Sequence record: SRR31156797_2251
DNA length: 39,041 nucleotides
Strand: one strand, 5' to 3'
Of this stretch, positions 8,441-17,997 are shown in pieces. The position numbers and the translations under genes were made by a program. The notes beneath the pieces were generated by a model, which did not search any database, was not told where the DNA came from, and saw only the letters and a program-made list of their open reading frames with translations. Every line of letters starts with the position of its first letter. Within the stretch, counting starts at the first letter, position 1.

Positions 8441-10270
8441 TTAATGAACGGAAAATTTCCGGGCCAGAGTTTCTATTTCCCGGGCGTACCGTTCATATTC
8501 GGGCGATGTTCCGGGACTGTAGTTCAGATTTTTGTATAGACCCGTGATCTGTGTAAACATCCGGCGAGCGCTCTCCTTATCCTGGAACCGGTAGGTTTGC
8601 CGAATCAGTCTCTTGACCAGTTGAAAGCTTTCAAGCTGCCGATCCAGCGGCATGGAAGCGTCCACGTCGTCAAAGGCATCCTGTTGGAGGAAAACCATAT
8701 CCACCAGGGTGGCTTTCTGCCACGTGACAAAGTCCTCAATGCTGATGCCTTCCTCGCCCGTGACCTGCATCATCTGATAGATGCCATCCCCCTGCACCAA
8801 CAGGTCATGCATGGATTTCACGTCTTCGACCCACGATTCATACAGATTGTCGCGAAACCAGTCCGTGAGCTGGTCCAGATAACGGGACCATGAAATCAGG
8901 GGATCAATGGCGGGATAGAAGCGCTTGTAGGCCCGATCGTAGGAGAGGCCCAGGAAGGTCTTCACGGTGGCCAGGGTGGCCTGGGTCACCGGTTCCTCAA
9001 AGTTCCCTCCGGCGGGGGAAACCGTACCGATCATGGTCAGGGTGCCCACGGCCTGATCGGAACATTTTAAAACACCCGCCCGTTCGTAAACACTCTTGAT
9101 GGCAGAATCCAGGTAAGCGGGATACCCCTCTTCCCCGGGAATCTCTTCCATTCGCCCGGAGGTTTCGCGCATGGCCTGGGCCCATCGGGAGGTGGAATCG
9201 GCGATCACCAGCACATGATATCCCATCTGTCGGTAATATTCCCCCAGGGTAACCCCCGTATAAATGGAGGACTCCCGGGCCGCCACCGGCATGGAAGAGG
9301 TATTGCAGACAATAATGGTGCGGTCCATGAGGGAGCCGCCCGTGCGGGGATCCCGGGTCTCCGGAAATTCCTTGATGGTTTCCACCACTTCACCTGCCCG
9401 CTCGCCGCAGGCGGTCACAATTACGATGTCCACGGTGGAATACCGGGAGATAAGGCTCTGCAATACGGTTTTTCCGGCGCCGAAGGGGCCGGGGATGCAC
9501 GCGGTCCCCCCCAGTGCGATGGGAAAAAAGGTATCGATGATCCGGGTGGTGGTGGTCATGGGCTCACGGGGGTAAAGCCGCTCCACCCGGCGTTTTCGGA
9601 GCATCACCTCGGGAATGGGACGACGGACCGGCCATTTCTGGGTAAGGGTCAACGCCTGCTCGGCGCCGTCATGGCTTCGAATTCGCGCCACCGGCGTATC
9701 CACGGTAAAACTGCCCTGCTGAATCCAGGCGACTTCCACCACCCCGGGCTCATCAAAAGGAACCATAATCTTGTGGCTCAACAGGCCTTCCTGGACGGTG
9801 CCGATGGACTGCCCCGCGAAAAGCCGGTCTCCCCTTGCAACGGTGGGGGTAAAGGCCCACTTTTTTCTGAGGTCCAGGGGAAACAGTTCCAGGCCCCTTG
9901 GAAGAAAAAAACCATGGTCCCGGGCCAATACGGCCAGGGGATTCTCCAACCCGTCAAACACCTGCCCCAACAGACCCGGACCCAGGACCACCGAAAGCAT
10001 TTCACCGCTCATCTCCACCCGGTCGCCCACACGAACGCCCCGGGTGTCTTCAAATACCTGCATATCAGCGGTATTTCCCTGAACCCTGAGCACTTCGGCC
10101 ATGAGCCGTTCCCGGCCCACAAGAATAAAGCCCACTTCATTTTTTCGAATGGCTTTTCCTCCCGTGTGGATGGTCACGAGACTTTCGCGAACCGCCAGAA
10201 TCCTGACGTCGCCCGAACCGTCAAAGGATAACTTTCTCCTGGGTTCAATGGAAAAGCTTGGTTTGTCCAT
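8441..10270 (-). CDS. atpA: V/A-type ATP synthase subunit A (catalytic)
   Basis: GPFGAGKT Walker A, ACGERAGE, NTSSMPVAARE, ADSTSRWAQA, EEGYPAYL. Confidence 0.97.
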   Translation of the reverse strand: MDKPSFSIEPRRKLSFDGSGDVRILAVRESLVTIHTGGKAIRKNEVGFILVGRERLMAEVLRVQGNTADMQVFEDTRGVRVGDRVEMSGEMLSVVLGPGLLGQVFDGLENPLAVLARDHGFFLPRGLELFPLDLRKKWAFTPTVARGDRLFAGQSIGTVQEGLLSHKIMVPFDEPGVVEVAWIQQGSFTVDTPVARIRSHDGAEQALTLTQKWPVRRPIPEVMLRKRRVERLYPREPMTTTTRIIDTFFPIALGGTACIPGPFGAGKTVLQSLISRYSTVDIVIVTACGERAGEVVETIKEFPETRDPRTGGSLMDRTIIVCNTSSMPVAARESSIYTGVTLGEYYRQMGYHVLVIADSTSRWAQAMRETSGRMEEIPGEEGYPAYLDSAIKSVYERAGVLKCSDQAVGTLTMIGTVSPAGGNFEEPVTQATLATVKTFLGLSYDRAYKRFYPAIDPLISWSRYLDQLTDWFRDNLYESWVEDVKSMHDLLVQGDGIYQMMQVTGEEGISIEDFVTWQKATLVDMVFLQQDAFDDVDASMPLDRQLESFQLVKRLIRQTYRFQDKESARRMFTQITGLYKNLNYSPGTSPEYERYAREIETLARKFSVH

Positions 10271-10919
10271 GGTTTATCTCCTTTACCAGTTCTTCAAACC
10301 TCGCGCGGGCCTTTTTGGCATCATGGGCCAACCATTGCTCCAGCATGTCCCATTTCATCCGGTAGCATATGACCGCCGGGAACCCGAAATCATAGGGGGG
10401 GACGGTTCGATCCAGATGCTCCCAGAGCACCTTTTTGAGAAGCCGGTCCAGGGCCGGGACTTCTCCGGCCTCAAGATGGCCCTGGGCCTCCGGAATCCAG
10501 GGGTATACGGCGGCGAGTTTAAAATGGGGGTTCTCCCAGTTGCGCTCAATATGCATGACATACCGGCCCAACCCCCACGGTTCCGGGGGGATGGCCAGGC
10601 CTCGATGACGACGTCTGAGGGCGGCCATGATGGTCCGCTGGTCAACGGGAAATTCAAAAAGGGTTTTTAAAACGGAATTGGAAACGGCCTCCTCCAGTTT
10701 CTTGAGCCGGCCGGCCATTTCCCGGACCGTAAGATTTTGGGCATCCTTCCGCCAGGTCAAAAACGGGGCGGATCGCGCCAGCAACCGGCCATCATCCGGG
10801 GCCAGCATTTTCAAGCGTTGCTGCAACCGTTCCCGGCTGATGGGCAACCGTTGGGCCCTTTCAAAGGGCGGCAGAGGCGGCAGACCGGCGAGCAGGGTAT
10901 AGTAGGGTTGACGTATCAT
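10245..10919 (-). CDS. V/A-type ATPase subunit C-like protein (DUF2764-type)
   Basis: N-terminal YYTLLAGLPPL signature and position between subunits E and A. Confidence 0.75.
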   Translation of the reverse strand: MIRQPYYTLLAGLPPLPPFERAQRLPISRERLQQRLKMLAPDDGRLLARSAPFLTWRKDAQNLTVREMAGRLKKLEEAVSNSVLKTLFEFPVDQRTIMAALRRRHRGLAIPPEPWGLGRYVMHIERNWENPHFKLAAVYPWIPEAQGHLEAGEVPALDRLLKKVLWEHLDRTVPPYDFGFPAVICYRMKWDMLEQWLAHDAKKARARFEELVKEINHGQTKLFH

Positions 10920-10949
10920 TTCTTAAGGCATCCCCATTTCGCAATGGAT

Positions 10950-11627
10950 CTATTCTTCCCCTCGCACAATGGCCTGGTAGCGGGGGAGCAGATTCTGAAG
11001 AAGCAGTTCACTGAGCGCCTGGTCGGACAGATCGATTTCCAGATCTTCGCCCACCAATCGAATCCGGATGCCCCGGTTGAGGGTATCCGAAGGCTTCAGC
11101 TCAACCCCTTCCCGCAGCATATCGGCGGAAATACCCAATACCAGGTGGTGCATTTGCTCTTTGCCTTCAGGTGTCAGGCGTGACCCCGATTCATCGGTTT
11201 CAAAGAGGTCTTTTGGAAGCAGCACTTCAACGGGCTGCCCCTGGCAGACCATATGCCCGGTGGCCATGCCGGAAACCGCCAGAATACACTGCCGGATAAA
11301 TTCCTTGTCGCCCATTTCAATGGATACCAGTCGCCTCACATGGGCGGCGAAGTCCGCCTTCAGCGCGGCTTCCATTTTCAGCTCCGTATCCCGGATGGCC
11401 ATGCGGAGGGAACCCATGCAGGCCTCCTGCTCCCTTTCAATCCGCACCTTGGCACGATTCAGGATTTCTTCCGCTTCGGCTTCCGCTTCCGATACAATGC
11501 GAGCGGCCTCCTCCCGTGCCTCCCGGAGAACCTGGTCGGCTTTTTTGCGGCCCGCCTTTACCCCGTCATCCCTCAGGCGTGCAATCAGTTCCTTTACCCC
11601 TGAGGAAACCTGCCCTTGTTCTTCCAT
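10950..11627 (-). CDS. atpE: V/A-type ATP synthase subunit E
   Basis: N-terminal coiled coil (ELIARLRDDGV...A..I...A..EA), C-terminal GIRI...DLSD..L motif; operon context. Confidence 0.88.
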   Translation of the reverse strand: MEEQGQVSSGVKELIARLRDDGVKAGRKKADQVLREAREEAARIVSEAEAEAEEILNRAKVRIEREQEACMGSLRMAIRDTELKMEAALKADFAAHVRRLVSIEMGDKEFIRQCILAVSGMATGHMVCQGQPVEVLLPKDLFETDESGSRLTPEGKEQMHHLVLGISADMLREGVELKPSDTLNRGIRIRLVGEDLEIDLSDQALSELLLQNLLPRYQAIVRGEE

Positions 11628-11641
11628 TGTTCACCCCCTCC

Positions 11642-12091
11642 TCAACCCCCGGTCACCGTTCCCAACAGCACCAGCGCAAATACAAAGGCAAACACCGCAA
11701 ACCCTTCCACCACCGCTGCCGGGGCAAGGGATACCCCGAAAACCTCGGGTTTGTTCTTTGAGACGCTGATGGATGATGCGCAGGCGTACCCCTGGTAAAC
11801 GGCACTCACCATGAGGGCCACACCCGCGGGAAGACCGATACCGAAAATCCCCGGGGCCGTGGTCCCGTTCATGGCGCCCCCGAAGGTAAGGGTCACCACC
11901 ACCCCGTAAATCACCTGGGAACTGGGCATGGCCGAGACACCGATAAAACGACCGTAGCCGCTTTCAATCTCGAGCATGGCGCCGATGGCCGCCTGCCCGG
12001 CCCTGGCGCAACCGATCATGCTCCCCACGGCGCCCAGGGCCAGGGGTGCAAAAACCCCCAACCACCCCAAGGCTAAAGTCAGGTTTTCCAC
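11642..12091 (-). CDS. atpK: V/A-type ATP synthase subunit K (four-helix proteolipid)
   Basis: GTG start after GGAGAGG; four hydrophobic helices; PSSQVIYG, YQG and VVEGFA motifs. Confidence 0.92.
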   Translation of the reverse strand: MENLTLALGWLGVFAPLALGAVGSMIGCARAGQAAIGAMLEIESGYGRFIGVSAMPSSQVIYGVVVTLTFGGAMNGTTAPGIFGIGLPAGVALMVSAVYQGYACASSISVSKNKPEVFGVSLAPAAVVEGFAVFAFVFALVLLGTVTGG

Positions 12092-13869
12092 GATTTCCTC
12101 TCCTTTCCGGCAAAAACCATGAAGGGACGTCCTTCCTCGGTAATGCTCCACCTGAAAAATTCAATAAAATTCAGCCGCAACCCATGAATAAACCCGCCGG
12201 CCACGGCCAGAACAAAATTCAGGGTGTGCCCCAGAAGGGCAATCAAAAGGGCGAACAGAATACCAATCCCCGGCAGGGCCTCCTTGACTTGCCCCGCCAT
12301 GGCATTAAAGGTTCCGGCCAATGAAGCGCTGGCCAGCCCCAGTGCAAAGAGCCGCAAATAACTCAAGGCATCGCTGAAGGCGCTGGATATGCCGGTCAAT
12401 CCGGTAAGCCCTTTCAGCAAACGCTTAAAGAGGGACCCTTCCGTACCGGTGAACAGCAACACCCCCGCCAAACCTGAAACGAGACCCACGGCGCCGGGCA
12501 TTTTTAAAAAGCCCAAAGATCCCCCATGGCTGATCCCCTGCCAGAAAAGCGCACCGCCTGCAAAAACAATGGCCCAGGAAAGGGGTTTGAGCGCCTTTTT
12601 GGACCCTTTGAAATGCCAGGCGGTCACCCCGTTGGCCGCCACCAGGTGCAATACGCCCAGTAGGATGGAGATTCGCATCATGAGGTCAAAATTCATCAGG
12701 TCAATGATTTTGAACCGGGCCGAAAAAGTCCCCTCTCCCGGCGACACTCCGAAGTAACTTCCCACCATGACACCGTAAATGATGCCTGCGCCTACCATGG
12801 TCGCCAGCAGAATACGGAACCGACCCCCTGTTTTCGACCGACCCATTTTCTTCCAGAACACGGCCGTCAACAGACCCATGATCACCGAATATCCCGCATC
12901 CGCAAAAATCATGGCGTAGAACAGCGCAAAGGAGAAAAACACAATGGCGGAAGGGTCCCATAACCAGTACTGGGGCGTGGTATAAAAAGAGACCAGGTCC
13001 TGTCCGAATGCTACGCCCGAAGGATTTTCCATGAGAGTGGGCGGTGTTTCCAGGGGTTGGGGGGGGCTGTTTTGAAAGACCAGTCTCCGGTCACGGGCAT
13101 ATTGTTTCAATTGCGGCACATTGCGCTTCGGGGCCCATGCCTGAAGGGCAAACACCGCATCCTCGGCATAGGTTTTTTCCACCGCATCCACCACTGCGGC
13201 CTGATCTTCAAGGCGTTCGATATTCCTGGCAAAGAGCTCTCCCCAGCGGGTCAGCCCGGCCCTCTCGGCGAAAAGGTCTTCCAGTTCCAGTTCAACCTCT
13301 TCCAGCCGACCCTCCAACTGGAAAAGGGTCCGGTTTCCCGTCCGCACCCTTTCAACGGGCATCCCTTCCGGCTGGTCTTCGGAAATCACCACCACATGGG
13401 AAAACCGATTGTCGGCAAAAACCCTCTGCCAGATCAGGTCCGTTTCCCGAACCTTCCCCATGTCCTTGTGGGGAACCACATAAAACCACAACCTCAGGTT
13501 GTTCAATTCATGGGGACTGGGGAAATCAAAGGCGCCCCAGGGGGAGAGGTTTAGAATGCGATCCAGCAGAAAATCCCGTTCCTGTTCCAGTTCCTGCAAC
13601 CGATCCTTTATTGTAAGGACCTGGGCCTCAATGGCGGCCGCATCAAACTGCTCCATTCGGGTGACCTGCCGCCGCCGGTTGGGACAGCTTTGAAGAAATC
13701 GTAAGGCCTCCCGGGCCCTTGAAGAGGGTACCGCCGGGGGCAGGGAGTCTTTTTCAGGGGTCAGGTCAATGAGGTGCAGACACCCTTGCCCCTGAAGGTC
13801 GGTCAGAACCCGGAGACGATCTTCCACATGGCCGTAGAAGGTTACTTTTTCCAGGGAAACGATGCCCAC
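12079..13869 (-). CDS. atpI: V/A-type ATP synthase subunit I (a)
   Basis: Soluble N-terminal half, membrane C-terminal half with FADAGY, DALSYLRLFALGL, HGLRLNFIEFF. Confidence 0.96.
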   Translation of the reverse strand: MGIVSLEKVTFYGHVEDRLRVLTDLQGQGCLHLIDLTPEKDSLPPAVPSSRAREALRFLQSCPNRRRQVTRMEQFDAAAIEAQVLTIKDRLQELEQERDFLLDRILNLSPWGAFDFPSPHELNNLRLWFYVVPHKDMGKVRETDLIWQRVFADNRFSHVVVISEDQPEGMPVERVRTGNRTLFQLEGRLEEVELELEDLFAERAGLTRWGELFARNIERLEDQAAVVDAVEKTYAEDAVFALQAWAPKRNVPQLKQYARDRRLVFQNSPPQPLETPPTLMENPSGVAFGQDLVSFYTTPQYWLWDPSAIVFFSFALFYAMIFADAGYSVIMGLLTAVFWKKMGRSKTGGRFRILLATMVGAGIIYGVMVGSYFGVSPGEGTFSARFKIIDLMNFDLMMRISILLGVLHLVAANGVTAWHFKGSKKALKPLSWAIVFAGGALFWQGISHGGSLGFLKMPGAVGLVSGLAGVLLFTGTEGSLFKRLLKGLTGLTGISSAFSDALSYLRLFALGLASASLAGTFNAMAGQVKEALPGIGILFALLIALLGHTLNFVLAVAGGFIHGLRLNFIEFFRWSITEEGRPFMVFAGKERKSWKT

Positions 13870-14489
13870 GGCGTTTCTCCCAAAAGGGCTTTTGCCTGTT
13901 TGCGGCGGATGCGTTTGGTAATTTTGGACCGCACCACGGCCGCCCGATCCGCATCGGCCAGATAAATCCGTATTTTCCGAATATTACCCTTGGCCTCCGG
14001 AATGAGTACTTTTTCAAACAGGTTGGTGCGTTGGGTCACTTTGCGCACCGCCTGCGCCAGCAACCGCACCCGGTCGGCCGTCACCCGAACCAGGGCTTTT
14101 TGGGTGACCATCCGCTCCAGTTGCTCCGCCAGCATGTCCACCCAGTGGGGCCGGGTCAGCATGGAATAATCCCTGATCCCGCATCGAACCGCCACGAGCC
14201 TGGGGAGCCTGACACCCACCACGTTTTCTTCCTGAATATCAATGGCTTCCACATGAACCAGCCCTGCAAGATCCATTTCACCACCGGCCAACATGGGCAA
14301 CTGCTCCGAGACTTCCGAAAGGCGCTTTTCCGTTTCGGCCTGAACCTTCACCAAAACCTCTCGGGCACGCTTCAGTTCCGCGGTCAGCTGCATCCGTTTG
14401 AGCTCCAGGGAAGGGAGCACCCGCTCATAGAGGCGCATGTTTTCACGCTGCTTTTGAAGCCCCGATTTGCTTAAAACCAGTTTGGCCAT
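13842..14489 (-). CDS. atpD: V/A-type ATP synthase subunit D
   Basis: LPSLELKR..L, ENVVGVRLP, TQRTNLFEKVLIP. Confidence 0.95.
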   Translation of the reverse strand: MAKLVLSKSGLQKQRENMRLYERVLPSLELKRMQLTAELKRAREVLVKVQAETEKRLSEVSEQLPMLAGGEMDLAGLVHVEAIDIQEENVVGVRLPRLVAVRCGIRDYSMLTRPHWVDMLAEQLERMVTQKALVRVTADRVRLLAQAVRKVTQRTNLFEKVLIPEAKGNIRKIRIYLADADRAAVVRSKITKRIRRKQAKALLGETPWASFPWKK

Positions 14490-14492
14490 TTG

Positions 14493-15815
14493 TTAACGGT
14501 TTCCCTCGGGAAAATATTTATCAACGAGATCCTGTTTCATCAAAAGCTCTCCCGGTTCAAAACATTCGGAGAGGGTTTCCCAGCAGCGATCCAGGGCCTG
14601 GATCACGGGCATGGAGACCTTGATATCCATGAACCGTTCACGAAAGAGCCCGCCGAATTGAATGAGTTTTTCATCAAAGGGAGAGAGTTCAAAGGCCATG
14701 ATCTGTTTCTTTTCAGCCTCCATGGCCTCCGCATACAAACGGATCATGGTGTTCATCATCTGTCCGTGATCCTCGCGGGTGGCTTTTCCGATCACTTTCT
14801 GTTTCAACCGGGAAAGGGAACCGAAGGGGTCGATATAGCCGTCATGCAGGTAAAACTGTCCTTCGGTAATGTAGCCGGTGTTATCGGGCACCGGATGGGT
14901 CACGTCGTTTCCGGGCATGGTGGTAACCGTAAGAATGGTAACGGAGCCCGCGCCCTTGAAGTCGCAGGCTTTCTCATAGCGCATGGCCAGTTGGGTATAG
15001 AGATCCCCCATGTAACCCCGTGCCGCCGGAATCCGCTCCAGGGAAATGCCGATTTCTTTCATGGCATCGGCGTAAGCCGTCATGTCGGTCATCAATACCA
15101 AAACCCGCTTCCCTTCATCCACGGCAAATTTTTCCGCCACCGCCAGGGCCATATCGGGGATAGAGAGCCGTTCAACGATGGGGTCGGAAGCCAGGTTCAC
15201 ATACATGACGGTCCGGTGAAAGACCCCATGCGCTTCAAAAGCAGTCCTGAAAAAATGGTAATCATCAAAGATCAGGCCCAACCCCCCGAACACCAGGATA
15301 TCCGCATCCGCCTGAAAGCCGATGCGCGCCAGCAATTCGTTGTAGGGCTCGCCGGCCACGGAGAAAATGGGGATTTTCTGGCTTTCCACCAGACAGTTAA
15401 ACAGGTCGATCATGGGGACTTCCGTCTGGATCATTTTGTCGGGGACCACCCGCATCATGGGGTTCACGGTGGGGCCGGCCACTTCAATTTTGGAATCGGA
15501 TGATAAATCCGGACCGTCATCAAAAGGTTCTCCGGATCCCCTGAAAATGCGCCCCAGAATATTGTCGGAGTAGGTCACATTGGGCGGATAACCCAAAAAC
15601 CGCACCACGGCGTCCGTGCTTAATCCTTTACCCCCCGCAAAGACCTGCAGGCTCACCATATCACGATCCAGTGCCACCACCTTGGCCTGGCTGGCTTCCC
15701 CATCCACATTTTCAACAATGGCCAGATCGCCGAAGGCGGCGCCGTCCGATTTTACACGGATGGTATCGCCCACAATCTCCAGCACTCGGGTATGGCGGGT
15801 GAGTTCGGGAAACAT
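14493..15815 (-). CDS. atpB: V/A-type ATP synthase subunit B
   Basis: SQKIPIFS, LVLMTDMT.YADA, THPVPDNTGYITEGQ, SLSRL. Confidence 0.97.
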   Translation of the reverse strand: MFPELTRHTRVLEIVGDTIRVKSDGAAFGDLAIVENVDGEASQAKVVALDRDMVSLQVFAGGKGLSTDAVVRFLGYPPNVTYSDNILGRIFRGSGEPFDDGPDLSSDSKIEVAGPTVNPMMRVVPDKMIQTEVPMIDLFNCLVESQKIPIFSVAGEPYNELLARIGFQADADILVFGGLGLIFDDYHFFRTAFEAHGVFHRTVMYVNLASDPIVERLSIPDMALAVAEKFAVDEGKRVLVLMTDMTAYADAMKEIGISLERIPAARGYMGDLYTQLAMRYEKACDFKGAGSVTILTVTTMPGNDVTHPVPDNTGYITEGQFYLHDGYIDPFGSLSRLKQKVIGKATREDHGQMMNTMIRLYAEAMEAEKKQIMAFELSPFDEKLIQFGGLFRERFMDIKVSMPVIQALDRCWETLSECFEPGELLMKQDLVDKYFPEGNR

Positions 15816-16115
15816 GGTTTGATCCCTCCACTTCGTCCGGTTTAACGAATTTCGGATATCACACGGGTGTTTATCAGATATTTCACAGTTTCACGCTCCT
15901 GGGAAGTTTTTTTTCGTGTAACTTCAAGCGCATTATCCGATTGGGGCGACTGGGAAGAAAATCCTTAAAACCGAATTCATCTGAAACCGGTGTTTTGAAT
16001 GCCCCCTTTTTTCATTTTATATGCAACACCCGTTCGCCGGCGCCCAGCATTTCAGCGGCCCGGTGATGCCGAATTTCTTCGGGAAGATCTTTGGGACCGA
16101 TGGCCTCTCCCCTTC

Positions 16116-16448
16116 TCAGTAAAACGGACTGTAGTCAAGATACATGAAAAGGATCAAAAACGTCGTGAGAAGGGAAACGATGCCGGTTCCAATGGCGCTG
16201 CCGCGCCGACCTTCGTCGTTATGAAACAGCGTCGCCATGCCGCCGGTGATGGCCATGGCAAAGGCCACCATGCAGGCGATCCGCAGCATCAGCAAATCCT
16301 CTCGGTGCACATTTACAAAGAAAGAAATCAGGAATGCACCGGCCACAATGGCGCCCATGGTCTGTTTGTCCCGCTCTTTTAAAAACATGGCGGCCAGTCC
16401 ACCCACCACGGCCATGACAAAAGAAACCGCTGCAATCAATTCCTGCAT
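16116..16448 (-). CDS. Hypothetical small membrane protein (110 aa, about 4 TM helices)
   Basis: GAGGAG RBS before ATG 16448 (MQELIAAVSFVMAVV...); four hydrophobic stretches. Confidence 0.65.
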   Translation of the reverse strand: MQELIAAVSFVMAVVGGLAAMFLKERDKQTMGAIVAGAFLISFFVNVHREDLLMLRIACMVAFAMAITGGMATLFHNDEGRRGSAIGTGIVSLLTTFLILFMYLDYSPFY

Positions 16449-16473
16449 TTTTTTCGCTCCTCTTCCCGGTATC

Positions 16474-16575
16474 CGGTTTCCCTCGACGCAAAAGGATAAG
16501 CGTCTCACCATGCTCAACCTCGGCTATAAAGCCTGAAGCCTTTTTCCGAAAATCCGTAAAAGATATGGTTTTCAT
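16474..16575 (-). pseudogene. 5' fragment of a Phd/YefM family antitoxin
   Basis: MKTISFTDFRKKASGFIAEVEHGETLILLRRGKP matches the Phd N-terminal DNA-binding pattern, then similarity stops. No cognate toxin follows. Confidence 0.75.
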
Positions 16576-16593
16576 GGGGTTCCTCATTTTAGC

Positions 16594-16621
16594 TTATATG
16601 TATGCTTAAATGTACATATAA
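16594..16621. promoter_or_regulatory. Inverted-repeat operator upstream of the Phd fragment
   Basis: TTATATGTA-N10-TACATATAA. Confidence 0.55.
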
Positions 16622-16683
16622 AAGAGCATTTTTGAAAATATTTTCCTTAAAGACCAACCCCAAAATACGAACGCGTTCGGTTA

Positions 16684-17160
16684 CTACCGGCCGCAGCATT
16701 TTTTATATTTTTTACCACTGCCACATGGGCAACGTGCATTTCGACCTACTTTATTCTTTATGGCGGGCGGGGATTCTTGCATATCTCCATCAACATAAAA
16801 CCATTGATTGTTTTCTCTTACGAAGCGGCTGACTTCATGGAGGGTCCGGATTTCCTTCCGGCTAACAGCGTTTGCCTTGAATTCAACCACTCCATGATGA
16901 TCCCTTTCATCCCCTGCTTCAGTACGAACAATATGTAGGCCGCACCATTCAGGGATTGCCGCTGAAACAATAGTCGCGGGTCTTGTGGATGAATGCCAGG
17001 TTCCAAGCAGATAATTCACATCTTTTACAACATATGCCGTATACCGTGATCGCATTAACGCTTCGGCGGTAACGGCACATTTATTTCCGGCAATTAATGG
17101 TTCGCAACAAGCGGAATAAGACATCCCGGAATTACACGGGCAAGGGTTGTCAACGGTCAT
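16684..17160 (-). CDS. ychJ: YchJ family (UPF0225) protein with SEC-C motifs
   Basis: N-terminal [33 protein letters not shown]....WFYVDG, C-terminal [18 protein letters not shown]. Confidence 0.93.
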   Translation of the reverse strand: MTVDNPCPCNSGMSYSACCEPLIAGNKCAVTAEALMRSRYTAYVVKDVNYLLGTWHSSTRPATIVSAAIPEWCGLHIVRTEAGDERDHHGVVEFKANAVSRKEIRTLHEVSRFVRENNQWFYVDGDMQESPPAIKNKVGRNARCPCGSGKKYKKCCGR

Positions 17161-17409
17161 GGTATTTTCCCAATTTCAATAAAGATAAGGTTAATTATTT
17201 TTACTTGTTACCGAATATTAAAATTTTTCTCAAATATTGACTTCTGATGATATGTAACGCTTGAATTCACTATTTTTCAAATAAACAGTTACAAAAAGTT
17301 TCGTTTAAATTTAATGAGAGGCAAAAACACCTTACGAACAGTTTATTCTCATGATACATAAAATACCCCAGATTTTTAAATTCCGAGTTAATTTGCTTGT
17401 TTGCTATTC

Positions 17410-17877
17410 TCACACATTAATATCCATTCCTGGTTTGGCACATTTCACACATGAAATCGTACTTTTAAATTCTTCCTTTAGATGTGTACCGTAATACTGC
17501 GTTTCTCTTCCGGTGAGAGGAATAGCATATTGCCTCAAATCATTAATAGATAGATGGATGGGTACGGGATCATCGTCTTTGCCGTTTAGATCTATCAGTA
17601 CAATTTTTGGTATTTGACTTAACACAGTATGAACTGATTCACACCAACGAGTATCTGCGATATAGGCAAAATCTACAAAATCATCTCCATGAGTAAGGGA
17701 AAAACCATATGTATCTATTAAATGGTCCAGCTTGAAAATAGATGTTTTATATCCATTAACCAAATCCGGTCTTGATGTCTCATCGATTTCCAAAAAAATA
17801 CAAAACTCTCTCATCCATTTAAAGCAAGGATGGTTTGAGGAGAAAGCACTGACGAGTAAAACCGCATGTTGGTGCAT
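17410..17877 (-). CDS. Hypothetical protein (155 aa), AT-rich, probably horizontally acquired
   Basis: Open frame with GGAGG RBS; much lower GC than flanking operons; no recognised motif. Confidence 0.55.
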   Translation of the reverse strand: MHQHAVLLVSAFSSNHPCFKWMREFCIFLEIDETSRPDLVNGYKTSIFKLDHLIDTYGFSLTHGDDFVDFAYIADTRWCESVHTVLSQIPKIVLIDLNGKDDDPVPIHLSINDLRQYAIPLTGRETQYYGTHLKEEFKSTISCVKCAKPGMDINV

Positions 17878-17913
17878 GCCTCCGAAATCATATCAGCTCT
17901 TGACACCACTTGA

Positions 17914-17997
17914 ATGAAAAAGCAAGAAAGGATTAAAAACCTACGTGGAAAACTCAGATGGGACGGCGACCTTGATTCAATGAGGCTGGATCAGTGA
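17914..17997 (+). pseudogene. 3' fragment of a VapB antitoxin (DUF2191-like)
   Basis: MKKQERIKNLRGKLRWDGDLDSMRLDQ* resembles the C-terminus of VapB proteins. Its stop overlaps the VapC start (GTGA). The in-frame codon immediately upstream is TGA. Confidence 0.75.
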
